Source of the DNA: a virus
Lineage: Duplodnaviria; Caudoviricetes
IMG/VR virus record: IMGVR_UViG_3300048998_000149
Span: 36,510 to 100,509 of that record
Length of the DNA stretch: 64,000 nucleotides
Reading direction: 5' to 3' (one strand)
Numbering within the stretch: position 1 is the first letter of the stretch; every line of letters starts with the position of its first letter. A program made the position numbers and the translations under genes. Below the pieces are notes generated by a model. That model was not told where the DNA came from. It did no database searches and was given only the letters and a program-made list of their open reading frames with translations. Positions 26,705-37,295 of this stretch are shown in pieces.

Positions 26705-29700
26705 GTGGCTGAACTGCATATCTCTATCACCGGCGATTGTATCGGCGCCACCTCCGCGATTGACAACACCAAGTCGGCTATTGATTCGCTCAACGGCAAG
26801 ACCGCAGGTGTTGCTGTCGCGTTGAGCGGTTCCGACAGCGCTATCAGCGACCTGGGCAAGGTAGGAGCGGCCAGGCAGGCTGCGGGCGGCACCGTCACGC
26901 TCGGCGTGGACGGCTCGGGCATCAGCGCGGGGCGCGACGCCCTGTCCGGCCTGCGGTCGGATGTGCGGGCGGCTGGCCGGGAACTCGACACTATTAGCGG
27001 TAGCCGGGCGTTGGGCTTCTCCGACAACGGCTCGATCAGGCAGATGACCTCCGATCTGTCTGGGGCGAGCCGCGAGATGCGGGGCATCGGCGCCTCGGCG
27101 CAGGCGTTGGGGCGGGTCGATTCGGCTGCGCAGAGCGTCTCCCGGTCCACGTCGGGGATGGAAGCCAACATGTCGTCCGCTAACCGGACGGCGAGTGCCC
27201 TCAACGCCACTATCAGTGGTGGGGGCGATGCGGCGGCGTCCTCTACGGCTCAGATGCGGCAGTTGTCGATGGCGATGGCTGGTGGCGGCTCCGGCAGTGC
27301 ACTCGCCGAATCCGCCGCCGACGGCAGCACCGCGGTGCGCACCCTCGAGGCCGATATGTCCTCGGCCAGCCGGTCGGCCGGCAAGTTATCCGACCAAGCC
27401 ATCGCGGTCGGCCGAGCCCTCAACACGGGGGGGCTGCCTTCGGGGTTCAACACCTTCGGCGGTAGCGACGCCAGCGTCGGTATTCCCGGCACGGGACACG
27501 GTCCGCCGCGTGGGCCAGGGGGCGGCGGGGGTAGTGGTGGCGGCGGCGCCTTCGGCGGCGGCAGTGAGGGTGGAGGCGAGGGAAGCCTCAGGGGGCTCGG
27601 CGGCCCCGGACTGATTGCGCTGGCGGGCGGGGCTGTCGGCGAGATGGTCGGCGCTGGCGCTGGCCTGGTCGCGGTGTCGGAGACCATCAAGAACGTCCCC
27701 GGGCTGGCGTATGCCGCTAACCAGGCGATGAACCAGTTCGGCAAAGGGGTCGCTGAGACCGGCAAGAGCGCCATGCTTGAGGGGGTGCCTGCGCTTCACC
27801 AGTTGGGGGATGCGCTGGGCGGTCTTGGGCGTGAGGTGGGCACGATCGGCGCCCAGCAGATGGGCACTGTGCTGAACGGTGCGACTCAGCTGGCTGGTGG
27901 CGCTACGACGGCGCTGAAGTCGCTGGAGCCTGCGATCGGCCCGGCTGTGACTGGTGCGATCAATCTGGGTAACGCGCTTTTGGCGGGTGTTGCTAACCCT
28001 GCGGTGACGAATGCGATCAAGGGCTTGGGCAACTCGTTGTCCGGCGCCGGAGTCGCCGACGTTATCAGCGACGCCACTACAGGGCTGCTTACTGCCGGTT
28101 CCATTGCGAGCAAGGTTGCTGTTGATGTTGTCAGTAGCGTCGCGGGAGCACTGGGGGCCGGTAGCCCCGACGCGCCTACGGTGACCACGGACCTCACTGG
28201 CGGTCTCGGCGGCTTCATGGCCGGTAAGGCTCTGGGCGGCCCCAAGATGGGGATTGCGGGCGCCCTTCTCGGTACCGCAGGCATGGCCGCCGCGCAATTC
28301 GAGCAAGCGCATGGGATGAACGCCGCGGTTACCCCCACCATCGTGGGCGAGGGAATCGGCGCTGGGCTTGGCGGCTTGATGTTTGGCCCTGCCGGCGCCT
28401 TTGTTGGTGGCGCTGTCGGCGGCACCGTCGGGTCCACCTTGTCGGAGTCTGCACCCTCGAACACCGGGTGGGGCAGCGCCATGAACACGGGCGGCTCCCT
28501 CCTCAACTTGGCTGGTGCTGCGATCTCTGACATCGCCAACGCTCCGGGCGCGATGATGAACTACGGGTCCGCAAGCCCAAAGAGTTTCGCGGATCGGGCG
28601 AGTTCCGCCTTCGGCGACCTGCACGCAAAGGGCGACGACCTCAACAATCAGATAGCCAACGCCACTGGTATCTACACCGGTGGCGCCGTGCCAGGAGGTG
28701 CGGCGGGCGGTACTGGCGGCTCCACTGCCGCCCAGTACGACGCGTCGGGACATTCCGCCCAGGCCCCAATGGGCTGGAACATGGACCAGCAGGGCAACCT
28801 GTCGCCAGCTACGACGCGGATGCAGGACTACAACGGGGCGCCTCCGCCCCCTCCGTCGTCGCCTGCGGCGACTGGCGGGTTCGGTCAGGGGGCACCTACG
28901 GCGGCGACGGCGCAGGCCGTGCAGCAGCTGAGTGCCGCATTGCCAGCCGCGAATCAGAACTTGCAGCAGACTGGGGCGGCTTCGGCTACCGCCGCATCAG
29001 GGTTGTCGAGGGTTACGCCGAGTTTCACCAGTGCCACGTCGGCGGCGCAAGGGTTGCAGCAGAGTTCTTCTGCCCTGTCGGCGCCGATGCAACAGGTGCA
29101 GCAGCATGCGGCTGCCGCGACTAATGCCGCGCAGGGTTTGCAGCAGCAGGCTCCGCAGACGGCGGCGGCTGTGCAGCAGATGGCCCCGGCGGTGAATCAG
29201 GCGATGACTCAGGCCGGTTCCGCCGTGCAGTCTGGCGGCCAGGCTTTGGGCACGCAGATCCCCGCGTCGATGGGTTCGGGGATTTCGGCGGGCCAGTCGC
29301 AGGCTTGTGATGCGTCGGCCCAGATGGCAGCGCAGGCCGCGAAGTGTGCCGCCGCGGCGTTGCAGGCGGCTTCCCCGTCGAAGGTGTTCGTCGGGTTGGG
29401 TGTGGGCATCGGCGACGGTTTGGCGATCGGTGTGCGGGACAGCACTCCTGGCGCGGTGAGCGCGGTGAAGGACGCGATGAACAGTGTCGTGTCGTCCGGC
29501 GCGACAGGTTTGCAGGCGGCGTCCCCGTCGAAGACGTTCACCCAACTCGGTCAAGACGCCATGAACAGCGTCGCTGGTGGGGTCAGGGGCGGCGACGGTG
29601 CCTCGCTGCCGCAGTACGGCGGCGTCAACTCTTACGGTGGCCAGCCTCCGCGCACCGGCGGCATTGCACATCGGGTCGACCTGGCCGCCGGTCATGACGA

Positions 29701-31183
29701 TCTGTCGGAGCGCCAGCAGCGGGCCAACACGCTGTCCGACATGAACGCCGCGAACATGCCGCAGCAGCGGATGGCGGATGCCCAGCGGCAGGCTGAGAAG
29801 CAGAAGGCCGATCAGGACAAGGCGGACAGCCCGGAGCAGAAGCGCGCCGATGCGTTCCGCAAGAATCTGGAGAAGCTGGGCTATTCGAAGGACACGATCG
29901 ACCGGCTCAGCGGGAACCAGCAGCGGCACGATGCGAATAAGGACAGGCTGGACGCCGCAAGGAGAATCCGCCAGCAGGACGCGCAGGACCGAGCGTTCGG
30001 CAACCAGAATATTGACCCTAAAACGGGTCTGCCTATGACCCACGACCAGCGTGCACTGCAGCTCCAGAACCGGGCTGGGCAAACCCAGAAGGATGCACTG
30101 GCCGCCGCTCGCCAGGGCATTTCGCTGTCCGAGTACCGGCAGAACCAGCAGAACGCCGCACTGGGCGCCGGGCCGATGAACTCTAGGCCGGGTACTCCAC
30201 CCAACCCCTTCGGGCAGACGCTGGCAGGCACTGGCGGTGGCGCCACTCCCCCCAAGCCCCAGGGTTCGGCCGCCGTGGAGGGTGCCAAAAAGTGGAACGA
30301 GCACGTGGCCGACGGGAAGCGCGCTGCGGCTGACGCCAAGGGACAAGGCAACCAGATCGGTCAGGGCTTGATGCAGGGCCAGGCCGATGGGATCAAGCAG
30401 GGCCAGGGCCAGGTGAACGACGCGGCCAACAAGGCCGCCGACGGGACCACCAACACGACCAAGAAGAAGCACGGCATCCATTCTCCGTCGAGGGAGTACC
30501 ACGACATCGGCAACAACCTGATGCGCGGTATGGCTGAGGGCGTTCATCACGGTCGCCGACATGTGGACCGTGAGTTCGACGACATGGATCGCGATATGCA
30601 CGATCGGGACGACAAGAGAGGCGACAGGTGGTGGCGGGGCCTCGGCATCCCCAGCGTCGTCCAGAGTAGCGGCGGCGGTGGCGGAGGAGGCGGGGGCGGC
30701 GGGGCTTCTGGCGGCGGTGGCGGAGGAGGCGGGGGCGGCGGCGGGGGCGCCCTTGGGATTGGCGCGTCCCAAGCCGAGGCTGTAGCCGCTTTGACTGGGG
30801 CCTTGGGCTCCGGCGTGCAGGCCGCTTCCGATGGGGTTCTGCCGATCGCCTCCAGCCACGGGTTGATGGTCGGCTATGCGTGGGCGCGCAGCGTCGAAAC
30901 CGGCGCCGATTCGGTGCTGAAGAAGGCTGACTTCATGGCGTCGGCGCTGCCAGCGGTTGGAAGCGCACTGGCGAAGACGGCGCTGGGTACGGCAGGGCTG
31001 TTGGGGCCGGCTGGGTCTGGCGCGTCGATAGACAAGACACCCGCGGTGACCCTGACCGCGTCGGCGCCAGTGGTGCACAACCATTTCTATGTCGACGGCA
31101 AAGAGATCCAGGGCATCACCCAGCAGGTGGTGGACAGCAACTTAGACGCGCTCGCCGACTCGATCGGCCGGCAACGCGGCTAA
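26705..31183 (+). CDS. Tape measure protein (Gly/Ala-rich, 1492 aa)
   Basis: Longest ORF, follows G/GT; repeated ASPSK.F / IHSPSR..G....GL..G motifs; C-terminal ..VDGKEI. Confidence 0.85.
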   Translation: MAELHISITGDCIGATSAIDNTKSAIDSLNGKTAGVAVALSGSDSAISDLGKVGAARQAAGGTVTLGVDGSGISAGRDALSGLRSDVRAAGRELDTISGSRALGFSDNGSIRQMTSDLSGASREMRGIGASAQALGRVDSAAQSVSRSTSGMEANMSSANRTASALNATISGGGDAAASSTAQMRQLSMAMAGGGSGSALAESAADGSTAVRTLEADMSSASRSAGKLSDQAIAVGRALNTGGLPSGFNTFGGSDASVGIPGTGHGPPRGPGGGGGSGGGGAFGGGSEGGGEGSLRGLGGPGLIALAGGAVGEMVGAGAGLVAVSETIKNVPGLAYAANQAMNQFGKGVAETGKSAMLEGVPALHQLGDALGGLGREVGTIGAQQMGTVLNGATQLAGGATTALKSLEPAIGPAVTGAINLGNALLAGVANPAVTNAIKGLGNSLSGAGVADVISDATTGLLTAGSIASKVAVDVVSSVAGALGAGSPDAPTVTTDLTGGLGGFMAGKALGGPKMGIAGALLGTAGMAAAQFEQAHGMNAAVTPTIVGEGIGAGLGGLMFGPAGAFVGGAVGGTVGSTLSESAPSNTGWGSAMNTGGSLLNLAGAAISDIANAPGAMMNYGSASPKSFADRASSAFGDLHAKGDDLNNQIANATGIYTGGAVPGGAAGGTGGSTAAQYDASGHSAQAPMGWNMDQQGNLSPATTRMQDYNGAPPPPPSSPAATGGFGQGAPTAATAQAVQQLSAALPAANQNLQQTGAASATAASGLSRVTPSFTSATSAAQGLQQSSSALSAPMQQVQQHAAAATNAAQGLQQQAPQTAAAVQQMAPAVNQAMTQAGSAVQSGGQALGTQIPASMGSGISAGQSQACDASAQMAAQAAKCAAAALQAASPSKVFVGLGVGIGDGLAIGVRDSTPGAVSAVKDAMNSVVSSGATGLQAASPSKTFTQLGQDAMNSVAGGVRGGDGASLPQYGGVNSYGGQPPRTGGIAHRVDLAAGHDDLSERQQRANTLSDMNAANMPQQRMADAQRQAEKQKADQDKADSPEQKRADAFRKNLEKLGYSKDTIDRLSGNQQRHDANKDRLDAARRIRQQDAQDRAFGNQNIDPKTGLPMTHDQRALQLQNRAGQTQKDALAAARQGISLSEYRQNQQNAALGAGPMNSRPGTPPNPFGQTLAGTGGGATPPKPQGSAAVEGAKKWNEHVADGKRAAADAKGQGNQIGQGLMQGQADGIKQGQGQVNDAANKAADGTTNTTKKKHGIHSPSREYHDIGNNLMRGMAEGVHHGRRHVDREFDDMDRDMHDRDDKRGDRWWRGLGIPSVVQSSGGGGGGGGGGGASGGGGGGGGGGGGGALGIGASQAEAVAALTGALGSGVQAASDGVLPIASSHGLMVGYAWARSVETGADSVLKKADFMASALPAVGSALAKTALGTAGLLGPAGSGASIDKTPAVTLTASAPVVHNHFYVDGKEIQGITQQVVDSNLDALADSIGRQRG

Positions 31184-31196
31184 CCATTTGATCAAT

Positions 31197-31233
31197 CGGC
31201 CCTAGTCCCAGAGCGAGTTCGGGGCTAGGGCCG
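31197..31233 (+). terminator. Hairpin after TMP
   Basis: CGGCCCTAGTCCC ... GGGCTAGGGCCG. Confidence 0.5.
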
Positions 31234-31264
31234 TTCACTGTCCAAACTTCCATGGGGGGCTTTA

Positions 31265-32911
31265 GTGGCGCTCACCGTCGTGACTTTGCGGCCGAACTCC
31301 ACCTCCCAGCTTGGGCTGGGAACGGTCACCGGCGCTGCGACCGCCGATGCGGCCCTCGCCGATAACGTCGACACCTCCTATGTGCAGATTTCCAGCCGTG
31401 TCCGGCTGGATTCGCAAGTCACTCGGGTTGGGTTCCCAACCCCAGCGATTCCCGCCGGCGCGAAGGTGTATTCGGTTGGTTTGAGGCGCCGCATCCAGAC
31501 GGTGGTCACCGGCGCGGATATCCCGGTATGCAACCACTGGCTTCGATCGATCACCGGCGCCATCCTGGTGGCGGGGCAGGCTCAGGCCATCCAGAAGTCG
31601 TTTTTCAGTTCAACTAACCCCGTCTCGCCGACCACGGCGACGTGGGTGGAGGAGAACCTCGGCACCTTCACGTCCGGCCCGGGTGGGCAGGTGTGGGATC
31701 CGACGACAAACCTTGTTGGGCTTACCTACGACCTGGGTCGAGGTGACGACTCGGTGACTTCGGTGCTGCAGGTCAGCGCCGTCTATTTGGACGTCACCTA
31801 CCAGTCGCTTTCGTCGGTCACCGTCACCGGCCCCACCGGCACCGTCACCTCGACGCGGCCCACAGTCAAATGGACGTATTCCAGCCCGAACAGCCAGCCG
31901 CAGCAGTCCTACCAGGTGGCCATCTACACGTCGGCGCAGGTCGCTTCGCTCGGGTTCACACCGTTTGTGACCACACCGCTCCAGACGTCGGGGGTGGTAT
32001 TGGGCGAGGATTTGCAGTGGACTCTGACCAGCGACATCACCGACGGCGCCTATTCGGCGTATGTGCAGTCCACGTCGCGGTGGTCTGGTTCGGGGAGCTT
32101 CGCCACCGCCGTCTCCTCTGCCACCTGGACCCGGGCGGCTGCTCCGGCGAACCCGCCCCCAGCTGCGGTGTTGTCGGCGGCGGTGTTCGACTCGGCCAAC
32201 AATCGGGTCGCCTTAACGTTTGCTCCCGGCGGGTCGAGCCCCGCAACCACGGCGTTCACCGTCCAGTCTTCCCAGAACGGTGGGGTGACTTTTACGAGCA
32301 TCCCCAGCCTGACCTATGTGCCCGCGACCGGCCTGACCCCCATAACCAAATACGACTATGTGGCGCCGTTGAACGTCACGTCGCAATACCGGGTGTTGGC
32401 CTACAGCGGAACGGTGTTGGTGGCCGCCACCGCCCCGTCGAATGTGCTGTCGGCGACCCCTGCGGATACTCGGCATTGGTTGAAGAACCCGGCTAATCCG
32501 CTGCAGAACACGCCGTTGCCGGTGGCTGCTCCGAAGACGAGTGACGTCGGCATCAAGATCACCAAACGCCGGATGATGGGCACGTTCCAACTCTTGGGTG
32601 GCCCAGGGTCAGAAGTGTTGCCGTTCGTTGTGAACGGTCCAACCTACGGCGATGAATACGCAATCGAATTGATCTTCCTTTGGGACGATCCGGTCGATCT
32701 CTGGCCAGCGGTCGACCAGTTGGACCGCACCGGCGGCACCTTGCTGTTCCAAAAACCGAACGGCGACCAACTGTGGGTGGCCTTGGGTCCCGGCTCAAGC
32801 GGGCAGGAAACAGAAGAGACCTACAACGCCCCCGCTGGCGATCCGACCAAGATCCAGTGGCGTCGCCGAAAGCTGATCCTCACGGAGACGGTTCCGCCAA
32901 GCTTCTACTAG
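31265..32911 (+). CDS. Minor tail protein (Dit position) with FN3/Ig-like domains
   Basis: Immediately after TMP; Thr/Ser-rich beta domains; YDY.APLN and WLK.P motifs. Confidence 0.7.
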   Translation: MALTVVTLRPNSTSQLGLGTVTGAATADAALADNVDTSYVQISSRVRLDSQVTRVGFPTPAIPAGAKVYSVGLRRRIQTVVTGADIPVCNHWLRSITGAILVAGQAQAIQKSFFSSTNPVSPTTATWVEENLGTFTSGPGGQVWDPTTNLVGLTYDLGRGDDSVTSVLQVSAVYLDVTYQSLSSVTVTGPTGTVTSTRPTVKWTYSSPNSQPQQSYQVAIYTSAQVASLGFTPFVTTPLQTSGVVLGEDLQWTLTSDITDGAYSAYVQSTSRWSGSGSFATAVSSATWTRAAAPANPPPAAVLSAAVFDSANNRVALTFAPGGSSPATTAFTVQSSQNGGVTFTSIPSLTYVPATGLTPITKYDYVAPLNVTSQYRVLAYSGTVLVAATAPSNVLSATPADTRHWLKNPANPLQNTPLPVAAPKTSDVGIKITKRRMMGTFQLLGGPGSEVLPFVVNGPTYGDEYAIELIFLWDDPVDLWPAVDQLDRTGGTLLFQKPNGDQLWVALGPGSSGQETEETYNAPAGDPTKIQWRRRKLILTETVPPSFY

Positions 32912-32923
32912 AGGGGGGCCTGG

Positions 32924-33316
32924 ATGCAGGGCCGTTCCAGTCAATTTGATGCCACGATCCAAAAGCCGCACACCGCGGTCCCTCGCGCTGACGTAATCCA
33001 AGACGGCAAGGTTGTGGATCAACTCGCTGTTCACGCCGGGTCGGTGTCGGCGGATCGCACCGCCGCGCAGATGCGGACCTTCGAGGTGGAGGTCAGCGCC
33101 TCGGAGGGCAGCCCCCTCATTCCTGTGGGCATGACCTCCGAGCTGGCGCCTTTCGGGACCCGAATGCAGTTGTGGCGGGGTGTGCGAATCAGCAACGTCC
33201 AAACCCAGGCGGTGCTCTATAACGCCGCGAACCCGTGGGTCGTATCTGGCACTTCAACTGGGGTGCTTAACAGCGTGAAGGTCGATGGTTCAGGCAACCT
33301 CACTTTGGGGCCTTGA
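32924..33316 (+). CDS. N-terminal half of baseplate hub (DUF5047-like)
   Basis: GSVSADRTA..RT, LAPFGT...LWRGV. Confidence 0.65.
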   Translation: MQGRSSQFDATIQKPHTAVPRADVIQDGKVVDQLAVHAGSVSADRTAAQMRTFEVEVSASEGSPLIPVGMTSELAPFGTRMQLWRGVRISNVQTQAVLYNAANPWVVSGTSTGVLNSVKVDGSGNLTLGP

Positions 33317-33341
33317 GCCCGTGACTTTGGAAGGCTGACGT

Positions 33342-33797
33342 ATGGCAACCTGGGTCAATACATTCGCCAAGGGCCGGATCATTGAAAAATGTTCGTTGCC
33401 GCTCGGCACCGACAATATTCTGATCATCCCGTTGCAGAGCACTGGTTTGCCGTCGGACACCACACTGCGAAACGCGGCGAACTTGGCGGCAATCTTCACG
33501 GCGGGCGGGCTGGAGGCAACGTTTACTAACTATGCCCGTAAGGTACTGGCCGGCACCGATATCACGATCGCCAACAATCTCGGCACATTCCAGGCGACGG
33601 CAACGGTCAACGCCGCGCAAAGCTGGGCCTCGGCGGGCGGGGCGGTAAACAACACCATCGCTAAAATCGTGGTTGCTTATCGCCCGACGTCAAGCTCGCC
33701 CGATTCTAGCTGCATGGTATTAGCCACCCAGGACTACAGCGGCTCCACCACTGGCGGGGCATTCACGGTCACCGTCGGCGTTCTAACCGCGGCGTGA
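33342..33797 (+). CDS. Minor tail/structural protein
   Basis: AKGRII, EATFTNYARK.L motif. Confidence 0.6.
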   Translation: MATWVNTFAKGRIIEKCSLPLGTDNILIIPLQSTGLPSDTTLRNAANLAAIFTAGGLEATFTNYARKVLAGTDITIANNLGTFQATATVNAAQSWASAGGAVNNTIAKIVVAYRPTSSSPDSSCMVLATQDYSGSTTGGAFTVTVGVLTAA

Positions 33798-33846
33798 TAG
33801 CAATGACTCCGGCCAGGGCTGGCACTACCGTGGATGGGGATACCTG

Positions 33847-34299
33847 ATGACCGCATACAGTATTTGCACCATAGTTAACTCGGACAGTGGTGAATCCGTT
33901 GCGATTCAAGCCAACGCCTACGAACTGAAGATCGCTCGAGTCGAGGCATACAACAACCTCATTCCAACCAATAGCACGTTCCTAACGGCCGCAGTCTCCC
34001 GCTACTCAGGATCGACAGTGTCCGGCGGTTCCGTATTCACTCCGACAGCGCTGCGCGGGGGCGCGCCGGCAGCGTCAGCATCGTGCAGGTTCGGGCCCGT
34101 GTCTGTCTCGGGGACCAGTGCGCTAATTGCTAAAACAACCGTGGCGGCGGCCCAAACGGGCGTAGTTGCACCTCCGTTCGACTTAACCATCCCAGTCGGG
34201 TCCGCGCTCGCTGTGAAGACGACCAACAATGCCACAGGCACTTTTAACGCGCTTGTGACCATCTACTTCGAGGAGTTGCGGCTCGCATGGCACTACTAG
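33847..34299 (+). CDS. Minor tail/structural protein
   Basis: Beta-rich, ends IYFEE like IWEE of 38376-38885. Confidence 0.55.
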   Translation: MTAYSICTIVNSDSGESVAIQANAYELKIARVEAYNNLIPTNSTFLTAAVSRYSGSTVSGGSVFTPTALRGGAPAASASCRFGPVSVSGTSALIAKTTVAAAQTGVVAPPFDLTIPVGSALAVKTTNNATGTFNALVTIYFEELRLAWHY

Positions 34300-34468
34300 A
34301 CGGGCGCGGCAGGCCGTGATCCTCAGCTAGGCACGTAGTGGTCAGCCGACCCGAAAGACCGCCCGCATTGGCGACAAGTGCGCACTCAATCACGTGCCTC
34401 TATTAACACGGGAGTTAGCCATCAAAGCGACGTTAACTGTCCCGTTCATCGGAATGGCGCAGTAGGCC

Positions 34469-36550
34469 ATGGCCGTGCAACTGCAATTTTTCGACATGTC
34501 CGTGACGCTCACGCCACCCGGTGGACATTTGGAGCCGCTGCCTATCACGCTGGGGCCGAACTGGCAACCGAACGACATTCGACTGGCGTTTGTGTCGGCG
34601 TCCGCGACCGGCGGCGGTCAGGCCACATTGACGATGTCGATGAACCCAGATGCCCCCACTGGGTTCACCGCCGCCTACTCCCGAAACCCGGGCAAAGAAA
34701 CCCACGGCGTGTATTACCGACGGCTCGCGGCGGGGGACGCCGACACCGGCGTGTATTGGACGAAGCCAACGGGCTGGCTACATTTCATGCTTGCCCTGGT
34801 CACCGTACGCGGGGTAAGCCCCACGAGTGGCCCGACCGCCGGGAATCAGACGGTCACCTACACCACCGGTGATTCGACGGGTATGACCGCCACGGTCCCT
34901 TCGTTAGCGGTGCCCGGTGCGGGCGCAATGGTCATGATGGTGGGCAATGTGGCCACCCCAGAGCAGATCCCCTGGCCTAACTGGGCCGTCCCCGTGGGCG
35001 TTCCCGCGGGGTGGACACACCTTGCCGCCACCGACAAGTCAGGTCTCAACTTCTATCAATACGACACGTCACCGGGTCTCGTGGTGGTCGGGAAGTCTTT
35101 TGCTGGGTCCGGGTCAACGGGGTCCATGGTGTTCCCGACCGGCAACGGCTCTCCCGCGTTCGCCTCGCTGTACGCGTTCCTGCCCGCAGCGGCTGATGTG
35201 TCAGGCACCGCAGGGGCCGCTTCGGAGACCGACACATCAGCCAGCGCAACGTTCTTGTCCTCAACGACCAGCGCCAACACCGCCGGGAGTGCGTCGGAGA
35301 CTGATACGACTGGGACGGCGTTCAACGCGCTGCAGGGATATTGGATCTCGGATCCACTGACGTTGCCCGGTGATCCAGTGTCTGGGTCGGTGGTGCGCTG
35401 GACGGCTACCACTCCGTCGGTTGGCTCAACCGTGAAGGTCGAAACGTCGATCAACAACGGAGCGAGCTGGGATCTGGCCGCCGTCAACCAGCCGGTGCCG
35501 AGGTTGCAGGCCGGTGACACGGTCACCCGCAGTGTGCTCGCTCGGGTCACCCTGACCCGCGTTCTTGCGACCGATCCGCCGCCGACTGTGTCTGCGCTTG
35601 AGGTGCAGGTGTCCGCCGACTCTAGTGTGGACGAACTGGTGCCGATCGGTCACGGGATGATCGACAAAGTCACGGTGAAGGCAGTCGCGGGTACTGCGGG
35701 TAGTGGCTCGACTGCCAGTGGCGTCAGCTCCGGTGCCGTGACCCGTACTAGCGGTGGCCAGTCTGGCGGGGGCACCTCCATCACGGTCCACGTCACGGAC
35801 CTGTCCAGGGCGATCAAGCGCAACGTGTGGCAGCAGCCGTTCACAGTGCCGTCTGGGCTGAACTACGGGCAGGCCGCCATGTCCATGGTGAAAAACCGGC
35901 TGCCGTCACAGACCGATTTTTCTATTGCATCCACGACGCGCCTGACGCCGCTACTGGTGTACGGGATGGACCAGGGCGGCGATCCGTGGCAGGACATCGC
36001 CGAGTTGGCGCAGGCGATCGGGTTCGAAGCGTTTTTTGACCCGCGCGGGGTGTTTGTGTTCCGACCAGTCCCGGATCCGCGTCAGGGCATCCCGGTGTGG
36101 ACGTTCGACGAGAACTTCAACCCCATCGTCGCGGAGGCCAGCCGGGAACTCAGCGACGAACAGACGTTCAACGACGTGGTTGTTGCTGGCCAGAGTTCCA
36201 GTTCGCAGAACCCGGTGACGGCGGAGGCGTTCGACGACGACCCGTCCAGTCCGACCTACATTTTGGGTCCTTACGGGCGGGTGACGCAGCGGCTCACGTT
36301 TTCGCAGATCATTGATCAGGGTCAGGCTCAGGACGCGGCCAACGCCACGCTCTACAACAGCTTGGGCGCGGCGGACACGGTGACCATCACTGTCGTTCCG
36401 CATCCAGCTCTCGAGCCGGGCGACGTCGTAAAGATCAACGTGTCGAATGTGAACGCCAACGGCACCTACATGATCAATTCGATGGTGACCCCGCTATCCC
36501 CCGCCGAAGCACAGCAGCTCGTCTGTTTCAGGCAGAGCACCAACACTTAA
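34469..36550 (+). CDS. Tail protein whose C-terminal half is the rest of the baseplate hub
   Basis: ELVPIG, D.W..I.ELA.AIG.E.FFD..G.FV.RP.P, FN.VVV.G, PHPALEPGDVV. Confidence 0.7.
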   Translation: MAVQLQFFDMSVTLTPPGGHLEPLPITLGPNWQPNDIRLAFVSASATGGGQATLTMSMNPDAPTGFTAAYSRNPGKETHGVYYRRLAAGDADTGVYWTKPTGWLHFMLALVTVRGVSPTSGPTAGNQTVTYTTGDSTGMTATVPSLAVPGAGAMVMMVGNVATPEQIPWPNWAVPVGVPAGWTHLAATDKSGLNFYQYDTSPGLVVVGKSFAGSGSTGSMVFPTGNGSPAFASLYAFLPAAADVSGTAGAASETDTSASATFLSSTTSANTAGSASETDTTGTAFNALQGYWISDPLTLPGDPVSGSVVRWTATTPSVGSTVKVETSINNGASWDLAAVNQPVPRLQAGDTVTRSVLARVTLTRVLATDPPPTVSALEVQVSADSSVDELVPIGHGMIDKVTVKAVAGTAGSGSTASGVSSGAVTRTSGGQSGGGTSITVHVTDLSRAIKRNVWQQPFTVPSGLNYGQAAMSMVKNRLPSQTDFSIASTTRLTPLLVYGMDQGGDPWQDIAELAQAIGFEAFFDPRGVFVFRPVPDPRQGIPVWTFDENFNPIVAEASRELSDEQTFNDVVVAGQSSSSQNPVTAEAFDDDPSSPTYILGPYGRVTQRLTFSQIIDQGQAQDAANATLYNSLGAADTVTITVVPHPALEPGDVVKINVSNVNANGTYMINSMVTPLSPAEAQQLVCFRQSTNT

Positions 36551-36560
36551 GGAGGGGGCT

Positions 36561-36872
36561 ATGGCGTCTAGCTCGGCCATCGACCGGCTGGCCCGAAGCG
36601 TCAAACGCGGCGACCAGCCCGCCTGGGTGCCGCGCGCACCGCAAGTGACGATGTACCAAGGCTCCGTCACCGCCGTGGACACCTTCAAAGGCATCGTCGG
36701 GTTCCAGTTCAACGACCCATCCGGACTGGTCCTGCCGGGGGTGCGGTATTTGCAGTCATACTCCGCCGCCAATCCGCCCGCAGCGGGAGACGTGGTGTGG
36801 GCGCAGCACTTCGGCACCGACATCGTCATCCTCGGGCAGCACGTGGTGCCCGCCAACCTGATCATCCCCTGA
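36561..36872 (+). CDS. Minor tail protein (OB-fold-like)
   Basis: G.VTAV, YLQSY..P.AGD.VW, VILG. Confidence 0.65.
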   Translation: MASSSAIDRLARSVKRGDQPAWVPRAPQVTMYQGSVTAVDTFKGIVGFQFNDPSGLVLPGVRYLQSYSAANPPAAGDVVWAQHFGTDIVILGQHVVPANLIIP

Positions 36873-37252
36873 TGGGCGCGATCACACGCAACCCCAGTGG
36901 GGCCGTCCGCGACGACATCACCGTCCCCCAAGGGGCGGCATGGTCACGAACCTGGGCCATCACCGACCCCCTGGGTAATCCCCTCAACGTCGATAACTGG
37001 ACGGTGCGCGCCCAAATCCGCTACAGCCACGACGACCTCCCATTCTTCGAGTGGAACACCGCTGGTGGGGTCGGAATCGGCACCGCCTCCGCAACAGGCA
37101 CAGACGTCACCATCCACCTGTCCGGGGCCGAAACGCCCACCTGGCTGTTCGGCAGCGCCGTCTACGACGTCGTCCTGCGCGACCCCGGCGGCATCCCCAC
37201 GCGGATCGTCGAAGGCCAACTCACCCTGTCCCCGTCGATCACCCACAGCTAG
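36872..37252 (+). CDS. BppU-N-like baseplate/adaptor protein
   Basis: DI.VPQGA.W, RAQIR, YDV.L, RIVEG.L.LSP.IT. Confidence 0.65.
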   Translation: MGAITRNPSGAVRDDITVPQGAAWSRTWAITDPLGNPLNVDNWTVRAQIRYSHDDLPFFEWNTAGGVGIGTASATGTDVTIHLSGAETPTWLFGSAVYDVVLRDPGGIPTRIVEGQLTLSPSITHS

Positions 37253-37295
37253 ACCCGCCGAACGGGTCCCCCACCACCAAAACGGAAGGAAACGC

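Noticed and set aside
30671-30741. 32-bp direct repeat in the TMP gene
   Set aside because: Simple duplication encoding a poly-Gly linker.
18730-31084. Long antisense ORFs (for example 18730-20655, 27386-28753, 28997-31084)
   Set aside because: Shadow frames of high-GC genes with no recognisable motifs.
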